Made by a program: the position numbers and the translations under genes
In this document: one piece after another, positions 38,282 through 50,600 of the stretch
How the letters are laid out: each line of letters opens with the position of its first letter
Numbering within the stretch: the first letter of the stretch is position 1
Notes under the pieces: model-generated
What the model was told of the DNA's origin: nothing
Seen by the model: the letters and a program-made list of their open reading frames with translations, nothing else
Database searches by the model: none
Assembly: GCA_036172245.1 (NCBI GenBank)
Contig: JAYWIR010000003.1
Span: forward strand, 6,820,001 to 6,884,000
Direction: 5' to 3'
DNA: 64,000 nt
DNA from: Raillietiella orientalis
Taxonomy: Eukaryota

Positions 38282-41200
38282 TTAATCCACATTCGGCTAC
38301 CGTTTGGGAACCTAATTACGGACATGATGCGAGTTTTCATCTTCGTGTATGGGAACCCTGGCACGTACTTTTCTATTGCTGTGCATATCTCGGTTTGCAT
38401 CTAGGTTCGGGATGGGGCAGTGCTCTCAAAAAGAGTCCAAAAATTGGACATCGTTTTTTGCTGTGCAGTTTGGATTTTCGCTGCACCACTCGTCGCCATC
38501 TTATGGGCACGGCACTTGAGGAGCAAAAAACAAACGAAAAGACTCCCGTTGGGTTCCTAGGTGGAGTGTTTCTGTTACCACAAAGAAACTTCGTTAGCGC
38601 TTGACTCGGTGTTGTGTTTCGCTGCAACACTCGGTAGAGTTCAGTCCTGCCTGAGTGGCCTAAGGAATTCACAAGTGTCATATAGGCAGCACTTGTTCGG
38701 GTCCCCCCCGCACGCTATGCAAATACTCGGTGCCCCATGGCATATCAGGAAGATAGCACACACGAGGTGATAATTCTGTTTCTGCCAGCAATTCTGCATA
38801 TCTTTTCTCTTCTGCGGGGACGTTGGAGCATTTATCTCGTTTCTTCATTGTGAACTTGTATCTTGGCCATTGGCAGTTGGAATGCTGCTTCTAATCTCTA
38901 AGACACTTCTGGATTAAAAAAACAAAACAAAACACAGGTGATTTTCTATGCGTTCTGCTCTCACAGCCTTGAAGTGGTCTCTCTCGTTTCCATCCGGTGG
39001 TTTTCAAGAAGGCTTTATGGTACGTGTAGGGTACGAGCTTTTTGTTCCCCTCCCATCGGAATGTATGCGGATAAGAGGTCTTTGACACCCATTGCTAGGC
39101 GTCTGAACTCTGTGGGTTTGATCCGCTGCAGGTTTGAAGTTCGGTTTTGCAAATCTCTTACTGGGGCTTGCTGTAGGAAGATCGCAGCATCCCTGTTGCT
39201 TCGTGCGCAAGTTGCCCAATGCCGCACCGGATAGCACTGCTCACCGCTCCAGTTCGCTCCCAGGAATGCGTGCTGATTGTGTGCTACTTAATTGTTTTCA
39301 GGTTAGGATGTGCGGTGTCTCTTGTTCTTGGTCCAGCGTGGGGATTGGGAAAACGGTGTCTGCTAACGTTTTCCATCTTCCCGCCCACCTTGCGTCCAGT
39401 TTGCGGAGGGCACCATTGCCCACGTCATTTCTTTCAGGCGTTCTTTCAGCATTTTCTTACGTTTCCTCTTTTTCAGAACGAGACCGGGATATTTGTTGCT
39501 TTCACATAGTATCGACGGTTTCCCCGTTCCTCGGGTAGTACGTGAAACCCCTCCCCGGTTTGCAGTTTCGTTCGAAGAATTTCCTCAAGTGCTGCGGCAC
39601 ACCGTGTTCTCCGCTCGTAAGAAGAGGCAAATCACTTCAGCATGTGCGCAAGATCTTTCTTCCCAAAGTGCTTGTGCAACTGCATCGAAGTAGACTTTCT
39701 CAAAGTCTTAACAGTTCTTTGTGTGTCGTGTGAGTAGCGAGCTCTCGGGGACACGCTTGAATGTTGCTGTGCACGCCGATTTCCCCTGCAGCATGTCTGC
39801 GCAGCGTTTCAGCAAGCCTCGTTTTTTTTTTTCTCTCTCTCATCAGAATGAATGATCCCTGCTGCTGGCATGCACTGTCGGGATATTTGCAAAGTTTCCA
39901 TCGGCATGATCAGACCTATGTCCTTCCTCAATGTCGTGCGCGAGAGCCAGCTGTGAGCAGGCAGCAGGTTGAGCCTCTGTGCGTCTTCCATGGCTTTGCC
40001 TCTTTCGCCCGCGTTCGTAGACTTCAGCAGACTGCGCTGCAGCCCGAGCTCACATGATTGGCGTTCGCGTCGTGTAGAAGTGGGGAGGCTGACGAGCTGA
40101 CTCGTCAGCCATCCAGCGTCAGCCGCAGGCTTTTCTTTCGTTCGTTTCTCCGATGGTGAAGTCGAACCTCGGGTTAAGAACGGCTTCTTTGCTCGTTTCC
40201 GTTTCCGTCATCGAACGGCGGCGTCATCATCTCGGGTGTTTCTGTAGCACGCTGGGTTTACCTTCGGAGACACCCTGCAGGCCTTGCGTGCGGAGCGTGG
40301 ATTCTTGCTCTTCCTGATTCAGGCACTTTTCGATGCCAACTTCCGGTTGGCGGCCCCATGGCTTTGGTAGCCATCTTCCGATGCACGGTCAAAGGAGCAC
40401 TGAGCAGCATCGCGTGTTTGCTTCCGGAAGGCACCCACTCTCACTTTGCGACGGCAGCCTTTCTCGAGCTCTTTGTGATCCTTGCTGGTCATCACTCCCC
40501 GTAGCCCCGCATTGCGTGGTCGGGAACGAATGGGGGTCGTTCGTCGACGTCGTTTTCCTGCGTTGGATTTATTCCGGAAAATGCGTTTCGTTCTTCGCCA
40601 GCCTTTGTCGTCTTCAAGCAATTTCGGACATCGGGCGCGCGGCCTTTGTCCGAAAGCACCGATCTTCATTTCGAACCTTATTCACATCTGTGGATTTCCT
40701 GGTGTTCGGCTCTCGAGATAGGTATACACTTTCCCTCAGCAAAGCCTTCCCCAGACAGTTGTGTGATTTTCCCCTTCCCGGTCCGTTAATGATTTAGGGA
40801 ATGCCGTTTCTCTTCTCGATAAAACGACTGGAAGGAGGGCGCCTTTTTTCGAATGAAACGCCTCGATTTCCTGAAGAGGACAGAACGGATTTTAATGAAA
40901 ACTCAGTTATTTAAGGTACATAACGTTTGTTGTTTTTGAAACTACGAGTGATTCCTGTTCTTTTTTTTTGTTTTGTTTTGTTTTTGCTTTTTAACGATTT
41001 TAAGGCATTTCCTTAAGGCAGTTCGGTGTTTGGTGGCTCACTTGAGATTGCCAGGGGCAGATCGATGAACCTTACTCTAATATGGGAACGAAACCAATAC
41101 GGGACAGTTTAACCACTTCAGCTATCAAGTAATTCTTCCCTTCTGTCGCGGCTTGTAGTTAAAAGTTCCTATATTTAATCATGAGTGAATAAATTTCTGC

Positions 41201-44200
41201 ACGTTTTGTATGTCAAGGAATTACTAAAATTATCGTGGTGCCCAGAAATGTAAGAAGTCGAGTAGTAGTAGTGCACTTGTAGGGCAGCTCGTCGTTCCCC
41301 AGCAGATGTGTGAAGGTTCTCTTTGTACATTGCGTTCTCCCGCTGCGATTTCGGGAATTCCCCGGCTGGAAAGTAAATGGAAAGCAATGAATTGTTTTCG
41401 CCTATAGCGCGTCTGTTTCCAAGTCGCAGCCCTTTCGGTCACCGAGAGTTCTAATCTTTGAATGTTCTTCTTACACGACTGGTCAGTGACCATAAGCAGA
41501 ACAAATGTAATTCGCACTTGTGCAGAAATTCCAAAGTGATGAGCTATGTGGGTTTTTTCATACGTCTCTGCACCGAAGTGCCCCAACCTCGGTGCCCTGC
41601 AAACAGCTCATTCGGAGCAATTTAATGAAGTGCATCGTAGGTACGTGTGTGTTTTCCAGGTGTACGGAAACAGATGAACGACGTATCGTACGGCTGTTTC
41701 TGTATGCTTGGTTTTTAGTTTCGTTTTGATGCGCAGGGCATTATCCTCCAAATGAAAATGCGGCAATCGAATATTTCAGATGTTAATTCTAATTTGTTTT
41801 CATCTTTCGTTATTTCTGCTGTTTTCGGTTGAGAAACACGAAATGCAGTGTACCTGAAACAAGGCAGGCGCGATTTACACCTTAAAGACAGTGACGCCAT
41901 CAACTTGGCACACTGTGCAGAGTGGAAACGGATTTGCTTATCACTTTTCCAAGCAGCGGACGACCTTTTTTTGCTTTTTTTTTTTTTTTGTTCTTTGCGA
42001 GACTTGGCTTTGGACAATCGAAAACTTTTCGGCCAGTCGACCCATATTTTTCATCAGCGAAGCACGTACTTTTACGAGCCGTCGAAATCTTCCTGTTCCC
42101 GGACCAATTCTAGGAGCCACCATGGTGGCAGCATCCATGGCAGTCGCGCAGAGTCGCGAAGTATGTGATCCGAGGCCGCAAAGCAGGAAGATACAGAGAG
42201 AGAGAGAGAGAGGGGAGGGGGGGGTGGAGATCTTGTTTTGGGGCTAGCGGGTGTGTATCGCCGCAAAGACGCGGTCATCCAGTGTGGCATTTTTGTTTGT
42301 TTGTGACGCGGGGGAGCATGTGCTTAGATATCAAAACGAAAGATGTCAGGCGATGATGTCCCTTAAGGAATTCAGATCGGAAATCTGACAAGCTGACAGA
42401 TAGGCAAGTTGCTCAACCAGCTCGTTGTGATGGGATCCACAAAAACAGAGAGGCATTAGCATTAGAGGAATGCGAAAGAAAGAAATGTGGACGTTCTTCG
42501 AGTGGTGTTACCACTTGTGTGGCATGCTAATCAAGGGTTCCGTTATCAAACAGAGGCGACCAGTTTCTCTGCTTGGATCTGTCGGGCAGAATTTCATGGC
42601 CTCCGAGGGTGGCGTCACGGTTTGGGACCAGCGAAAGAAGTGCCCATCCCCCCAATTTCATCGGGCCCGCTGGTTAGGAGCTATATATGGAAGAGAGCTC
42701 AAGATCAGACCACGGTGTCTCTTGTTCGGCAACGGTATGCGCTGCGGAGTGCCCAGTTGCGGATGGGCAGGGGAGGGAATGCTGCAGCACACGGACGGCT
42801 GCCCCGCGAAGCGATTCTTCAGACACGAAACGGTTCTCGCAAGAGTGAAGGCGCGGCGGACTTGTTTTCTGTACTCCGCTGTGAACAACTCGTGACCAGT
42901 AAACATTTCGTCCGTTTTCCTGGGAGCATGGAAAGGCTATTTCAGTTTCTGTTCCAAAGATGGTGCGCTTCGTGCTCGCACGAAACGAACACACACACAC
43001 ACACACAAAAAAAAGAGAGTGCCATCGAGATTTTTTTGTGTAATGACGAAATCAACAGGCTTAAAAACGAAGGTGCAGGTGAGAAAAGCCCACATTGATC
43101 ACTGCATGTTATAGTAAGGGTCTGTAGATCACCTTATTGGTGTCTTTCCTGCCGAAGCCATCGGCGCCTGTCATCCAGTGCATCTCGAGGACTCGGGGTC
43201 ATTGAAGACTAGTGAGGATTCGCAAGTCTCCGCCCACGTGAGGAGAGTTTACGTTACGCCTAAACAGGCAGGACTGCCGGGACGAGTTTCCATCGAGATG
43301 CGTTGCACCCAGCTTTCAGACAGGCAACTTCATGACAAGAGAAATCACTGACATGAATGGTGTGTTGTTCCTTCAGCAGGGAATGTTGAAGAATAGGGAG
43401 GAAAGCCGAAGCTTCCTGCTGAGGTCCAGTTCCCCAGCCTCGACTCAGGATTGCACTAGCCTTGACAAGGACACACCTGGAGAGGGCGTGTGGGATATTC
43501 AAAATACGGAACCAAGCCCTTACTCGAGGAGGAGGACGTGGTCGATCCAACGGTCGCGGGATGAAGCAGCAAACTGAAGAGAATCGACAGCAATGACAGA
43601 TGCGGTTTGCAAGAAATCTCGCCGGATACTATTAGGAAGTCATCAAGCCACGGTTACCATTTTTTCCATGTAGTGAAGGAGTAGTTAGGAAGCGTGTATT
43701 CATGGGTCTGTAAAAACGTTTATCTTTCTTATGAACTTTTCGACTCGTTTACTAAAGGACCGGTAGTGCACGATGGGAGTCCGTGAAAGGACATTCGATG
43801 CTCGGGTGAAGTGGGGTGAAGGTCGGAGTGCGGCCGAAGAACTGAGCAAGAACTGGCATTCGTACCTGAGGGTGCGATTTCCCCATTCCAAACGAATGCA
43901 AACGAATAAGTAGCCAAAGGTTCCATTGGTCTGTGCGGTAGCGAATTGTGCTGATGTGGGGTGCAGCTGCTTATAAGTACGAAGCGCGCTGTCTCGGATT
44001 AATGACGGCTCGTTGTCGTGCATTTCGCAAGCGCAACCGTACGTGTTAAGAGTACAACGCGATGACGAATGATTTTTCGTTCCCATTTGCATAAGTTGCC
44101 TGCGACGCCGTGAGTTTGGGCTCGTTAAGCTTTTATAGGCTTGTTCAAGGTTTCATGCTTTATTTTTGGGTGCATTTTTAAATGCCAAGATCGTGGTGAT

Positions 44201-45099
44201 GGGAAGCAAGAAGGACGGTGGCGCTCCTTCTTCAGCGGTATTGCCATGTGGTGCGATGGCAGCATCGCGAGTCGGTCATCCTTCCGCCCACTTCCCCCTC
44301 GCACGGTTTCGTGTGGTCAGGAAGAGCCTCTCGAGTCTGCAGTTTTCTCGAGCAAGAAGCTCATCTGTGATCAAATGACTCGGGATCCGAGGTCTGGCTC
44401 GAAGCGAGGATGCGGGCAGTTCCGATAGGATATGTGCGGAGAGCGTTTCGAACGAGAACGGATTCTTTAGAAACAAAAGAATGATTAAAAAAAAAAAAAA
44501 CAGTTGCTGAAGGCATTGATGAAGTTGTAGCTTCTTGCTTCTGCTCTAGTTTGCTCCAGAAGAAGATTGCGCCAGAATCTTTCGAATCCATTGGCCGCAA
44601 GTGGATCTTTCACACCTGCTTATGAAACGGGAACACAGCGTGTTTTCCAGAAGAGAAACGTGGATGCAGTGTGCTTAAACGGATCCACATCCAGATAACG
44701 ACGGCAAATCGTTTCCCGGAGGAGAATCCCTAAGCCGAAAGCCCATCACAATAAGAGAAAGCATTGAACTTCTTTTTCTTTTCTTTTCTTTTCTTTTCTT
44801 TTCTTTTCTTTTCTTTCTCCAAGTTCATTTAGATTCCTGAAAGCCCGTAAATCACTCGAGCTGTAAGAGTGATAGCTAAGCTCAAAGATTCGGGACTTAA
44901 TTTGGAAGAAAGAAAAAAAAAGCGACCAGAACATGGTAAATCATGTTTATGTTACTATGGTAGATATCATCAAAGCTTTAAATAGTTTGTTGAGAGCTGA
45001 TAAGACATGTAAACCGTTCCAAGCAAATATCAGAACACCCCGTAAGTAATGTATAATCTAAGGTGTCTACAAAGGTAAATACAGATTGCGTTTTTTTTT

Positions 45100-45137
<38 letters not shown>

Positions 45138-47645
45138 TGTTAGAAAATTTTACCTCGATAACCCGTGTTCAGATGGGTTTTATTTCAAGAAGGTCTCGTG
45201 AGTGTGGCTCTTGTATTGGCTGCTGATGGCAGTTTTGGAGTAAAGCATGAATTCCAGCCTGATATGTGGAACATTCCTTTCGAATTGCTGTGGGCTGCCT
45301 GCTGTGTTTTATTCAAGATGTTTATCGTGTAGGATGCGTGTGTTCGAAGACGACGTGTTTGCAATTTGACTTGGTGAACTTTGTGGTTTACGTTTACAAC
45401 TGAGGTTTATTGAAGTGTGTATTTTGATCATTTTTTTTGTTTTCGATGCTTGGCAAGATCACTTGAGGTTGGGCGGGGCGGGGGAGGGCTGCAGGATTGA
45501 GTATGGTTGAGCTCTTCCACAAGCAAAGATGCATTTTAGCAACTTTGCCTGCTGGGAAGTGTAGATAAAAGATTTATGAGTAGAAGAAAATCCGGAAATC
45601 TTTTTTTGTCATTTTCAAAGTCAGTAAACATTTTTTGTTCAGTTGTTCTTTCAAATGGAAACCCATGAAACTTCTTCTTGTTGCTTTGATTTTTTTTGTG
45701 GAAACAAGATTTGAATCCGACTAGGGATCTAGTGGCATGCACTGAATCAGCACAGCTGTGCGGCTCCAGTCATTGCACTGCTTGTGTTTTTTGAATTTTA
45801 AAACTTTGGAGACAGCCTAGAAAGAAGAGTCTGAACTCGATTTGTATCGATTAAGATTAGTGTGCTCTTGAAGATTCTAATGTTACATGTGCGTTTCCCT
45901 TTGACACCCGAATGACCAGTCTTCTGCATTCACAAGTTGTTGTGATTTTCATGGTTGGTTTTATTTGACAGTAAAGCCCTCTTTCCAAGTATGAACATTT
46001 CCATTTAAATTTAATCTTGCCAGTTCTTTCAAAGTGCTGGAAACCATGTGGCATTCATTATTACTCTTTCAGCCAGCTGAGTCAGTTTTGGTCTCTGCAG
46101 GGTCAACAGCAGAGAAGGCTGTTGAAAAAATCAAAAAGGTAATTAGTCATTTCGTATAGCATTGCTACTGATGCATATGCAGAGTGATGAATTAGTTCAG
46201 GATAGCTTGTCTGTTCCAAATGCAGCTCGGGAAAAACCAGTCAGCCGTTATAAATTCCTTAGGTCTAGACGCACTCGCATCCCAGATAAACCAAACAGTT
46301 CCCTTAGTTTGTGGAGTATCATGAAAAACTGTATTGGCAAAGAATTGACAAAGATTCCCATGCCGGTGAGAAAGAACCCCTTTTGTGGTGGTTGTGATTT
46401 GCCCCGTTGTTCCAGGTGAATTTCTCAGAGCCATTGTCGATGCTGCAACGTCTCACCGAGGAATTTGAATATAGTGATATATTAGATAGGGCTTCCTTGT
46501 GTCATGATGCACATGAGCAAATGGCTTATGTTGCAGCCTTTACCGTCTCATCATATGCAAGCACCGCTAAGCGAACTGGCAAACCATTCAACCCACTGTT
46601 GAGTGAAACATATGAGTGTGATCGAAGTGCAGACCTTGGGTGGAGAACTATTAACGAGCAGGTGTCCCACCATCCCCCAATGGTTGCACAACATTGTGAG
46701 GGTCGCACTTGGACGTGTTGGCAGGAGTTTACCATGACAAGCAAGTTCCGTGGAAAATACCTGCAGATCATTCCCTTGGGTGTGGCCCACTTGCAGTTTG
46801 CATCTTCTGGTAAGGTGTGGCACAAGGTGCATGTTGTGTGGAAAGTGCCATGTTTCAGGTCACCATTATACTTGGCGCAAAGTGACAACGTTAGTGCACA
46901 ACATCATATTAGGGAAGCTGTGGATAGACCAGTCTGGAGACATGGATATTTTGAATCACACCACCGGAGACAAGTGCCATTTGAAATTCACCCCCTATGG
47001 TTATTTTAGTCGGGAGCCTCCCAGGAAAGTGACAGGTTTCGTAACCGACGACACTGGTGCCATCAAGTGGGTAATGTCCGGCACTTGGGATGGCCGCGTG
47101 GAAGGTGCCCGTGTGCTCACCACTGTCCCCAATCAAGACAAAAGCGGCAAGCCTATTCTTGAAACAGATAATTTCAAACTTCTTTGGAAAGCTCATGCGG
47201 TCAAGTGAGTGTTGCGTGTACGGCCCCCGGGTGTGATGTTTCCACAGCCCAGAGTCTGAAAAATATTACAACATGTCGGAACTGGCGTGCCAGCTAAACG
47301 AGATGGAAGAAGGGGTGGCGCCCACGGACTCCCGTTTGAGACCCGACCAGCGACTCATGGAAGAAGGGCGCTGGGACGAGGCAAACATGGAGAAGTTGCG
47401 TCTGGAAGAGAAGCAGCGGGAGACCAGGAGGCGCATCGAAGCAGAAGAGCTGGAAACCGGTACGTGGATGCTGCCAAAGAGCAAGAATAAGCACAGCTAG
47501 TTTAGGTGTAGCAGCAACGCACACGCCGTGTTGGTTCCGGAAACAAAAGGATGAGCTAAGTGGTTCTTTGGTCCATCGGTACCAAGGAGAATATTGGATG
47601 TGCAAGGAGCAACAGAATTGGAGCCGTTGCCCAGACATTTTCTGA
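30504..47645 (+). CDS. OSBP: Oxysterol-binding protein (PH - coiled coil - FFAT - ORD)
   Basis: Exons 30504 (or 30471)-30655, 30696-30895, 30937-31160, 31204-31420, 35633-35748 (3' end uncertain), 46101-46138, 46183-46365, 46416-46809, 46859-47204, 47248-47459, 47506-47645. PH motif [50 protein letters not shown], signature [20 protein letters not shown]-terminal CPDIF. AATAAA at 47863. One splice-phase mismatch in the 10-kb intron is unresolved. Confidence 0.95.
38232..38277. repeat. Poly(T) mononucleotide run (about 46 nt)
   Basis: Uninterrupted T run in an OSBP intron. Confidence 0.95.
44772..44816. repeat. (TTTTC)n microsatellite
   Basis: About 8 tandem TTTTC units. Confidence 0.9.
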
Positions 47646-50600
47646 TCTCTGTGATAGTATTTGCTAGTCAGCGAGTGTTCATCGTTCGAAAAATTCTCCT
47701 CCACGTGCTCCCAAACTAGCATCATTTGTTGAAGTTCGGAGCGGATCGCACTTTTATCTTTACTAATTTTAAAGAGCCAGGCTGTTTAAAGTTTGTTTCT
47801 ATTTTTAGAGTATTAAACATGCTAATAGCAACTTTATCCTTTAATTTGCTAGATGAAATATCAATAAATACCTTATTTCTGACCCCATGTGAGCTTGCAA
47901 AGCGACGCGTTGAAGATCCGTGAAGGAAAAATTGTTTTTATGAGTGATATATAATGATTGTTATCATATATAGCGACGGTTACTGTTGGTTATAGATGTT
48001 TTTGAAGCAATATACTTTTTTATTGTGATGCTTTCTTCTCAACCATTGCAGATCGTTCTATTCGACAGTTCCAGAAGCCCAAGGTCCCTCCTGAGACTCG
48101 AATCCTCTGCCTCTGCCTGTTCGTTTCCAGTGTTTTGTCCCTTGTTGTTGTTGTTGTTGTTGTTCACACACGCAGCATCTGTGCGCGCGCACGATGTTTT
48201 CTTCCCACGGGTTTCTTCGAAAGTGCTCTCCTGCTGCCGTATAGGATTTTAGCATCCAGGCGGAGCGAACCCTCGCGTGCCTCATGAACTGGGATCGACT
48301 GGACTGGGATGCAGCCGTCGAACTTTCCAGGAACCGAAAATTCCAAGTCTGGTATCCCTGTTGAGTGCGCTTTGCCCCCCCCCCCCGTTGGCGATTGAAG
48401 GCCTTTCACAAAACCATTTCCTTCGTGCGCCTGTCGCAAGGTGTCATAGAGCCGAGACGGACTGGTCAGCAGCATAAGAGACCCTTTCCCGTCCTCCCGA
48501 AGACGGCAGGAATCGGACCTTCTGGAAGGCTTTTCCTTTTTTTTGGCTTTCCATGTTGAATACGGCAAACCGTGGCAGGTTGTTAACACGATGGTCAAAG
48601 CATTTTACTTTTTCTGCCACCAGCAAGGAGAACTGTAATTTCATTGCGTTGGCGTCATTTCCTACCGTTTGCCGTGTCCATCCTGTCGACGAAAGGATCG
48701 GACCGATCGTTGCCTCCTTTCAAACCCGAAGAGCCTTCCCTTGGCGTCGTGTGACCCCCCCCCCCCATCCTCTTGAAATGCGCCTCACCATTGGCACTGT
48801 TGGTTCGGACAACCGTCTGCCCGCGCTCATCGTGCAAGGCGGGGTGTCTTTTGCACCGGGTTCCCTTTGCCCCCGCGGCGGGTGCCCCAATGCACTTCCC
48901 GTCTTGGTCGCTTCGGCGGGGAGGGGTATGGTGAAGCTTCGCTCCTTCGCTTCCATCGTCGATGCCACCCGACTCTTCTGCTCGAAGTGCTCGTTTGCCT
49001 CGTCTATTGATCCGCGGAGGCGCAAAAAAAAGGAAAAGCCTTCTGCTTCCAAGTGTGGCCAGGCTGTGAGCACGCGTGGGGGGCGGGGTCTTCCTGTGCC
49101 ACGTGATGCACTGTTTCCTTGAACCGGGAGTGCGTTCCACCGGGAGGGAGGTGGGCGAGCCGGTTGAACCACGCGTTCCCGGGAAGACTGCGGGGTGCGA
49201 ACGCGAATCCCTTCCTGGCCCCACGAGCGTTTCGGGCACGTCGCACACGCCCATCTCCCGGGGTGCCTCGGACTGCGTTCCACAGGATTCCCTCTCCGAC
49301 TTCTTCCGGAAGCGGCTCTACGCAGCCTCTTCGCGCGTCAAGTGTGCAGCCTCCGCGTCACGGTTCGCACGTGCAGTTCGTTGCCGCGTCGTTCGACCCC
49401 CCGCGAGCCTCCCCGGAGGCCTTCTCGTAGCATCGGAGTCGGGACCTGGAAGTGAAGCCGATCAGCCGCCATCCGTTCCATCTCGCAATGCCTTCTTATC
49501 ACTGATCACGTGAGGCGGCGACCAGCCGACGCGTGGCGGCCCCCGAACGTCGTCGGAACTTCAGCCGGTGCCACCAGCTCATCCGTGGCTCCGAAGACAC
49601 CGTCGCCTTCCGGAGTCCCGAAACCACGCCACGCACGCTTTCGATTCCGTGAGCTCAGCTGTGATGGTCCTCCGCTCGAGAAGAGAGCACTTTTCCGACC
49701 CATTCCAGGAGCCTTTGACCCGACGGCAGTCGCGATTGCCACTGAATTCCGGAAGCTTCGCGCCGTCCAGATGAATGTTCGTTCGATCCAGGACTCTTAG
49801 CAGAACTTCTCGCTGGGACGTGGCCGCGCATCCGTGAAAAGGACATCGGCAGAGAGTTTCAGGATGTCCCGAGATAGAGGGGGTGGGGGGGCACTCGGAG
49901 CGGAGAGGAAGTCCCACTTTCACGGGGTGACGCACGCGTCCCTTCTGGCGGCTGGCCAACGGGGCTTTGACTTCCGTCTGCGAGCACTTGGGCCGCGGTC
50001 AGCGACAGCACTCGACCTCTTTCTCTTCCCGCAGAGGGAACGCTTGCGCTCTCTCTCTGCTCAGCCGTCCTGTCTGCGCTCCGCCAACGGGGGGCAACGG
50101 CTCACGGGTCGCTCTCGTGGGCCCGGAGGAACGGCACTGTTCCATCGTGGCTGAACGAGCGAAGCGGCTCCATTCCCGAGGCTGCGGCGAATGGAAGAGA
50201 GAACGGCAGGGCAGTGGCTCTGCGCCGCTCTCGTGCGCCCAGCGGTTTGGCGCTGTTGCCTCCTCGTCGCGCAGTCGACCTCTGGCGGACGCGCCCACGT
50301 CCCGGTGCGCCTTCCGCGAACGTGCCAGCTCGTTCTGCCGATGGCACGCGTACATGCGCGAGAAAGCGAGCGCGGAATGCTGCGCATTCAGGGAAGCTCA
50401 CCAACCGCATCCATCCGTGGGGGGCGGCTGCTGCTGAAGGCTGACCGCGCCGCACACGCGCAGCTGCAGGGCGGGTCCGCGCATTCTGGACCATGCCTTC
50501 AGCTTGCTCGAAGATCCGAAAGCCCCTTCCCCCCCCCTCCCGCAGCCGTGGCTCGTGGAGCGGCAGATTCCGCACTCTTGCACGCGACCGCAGGGGTCGC

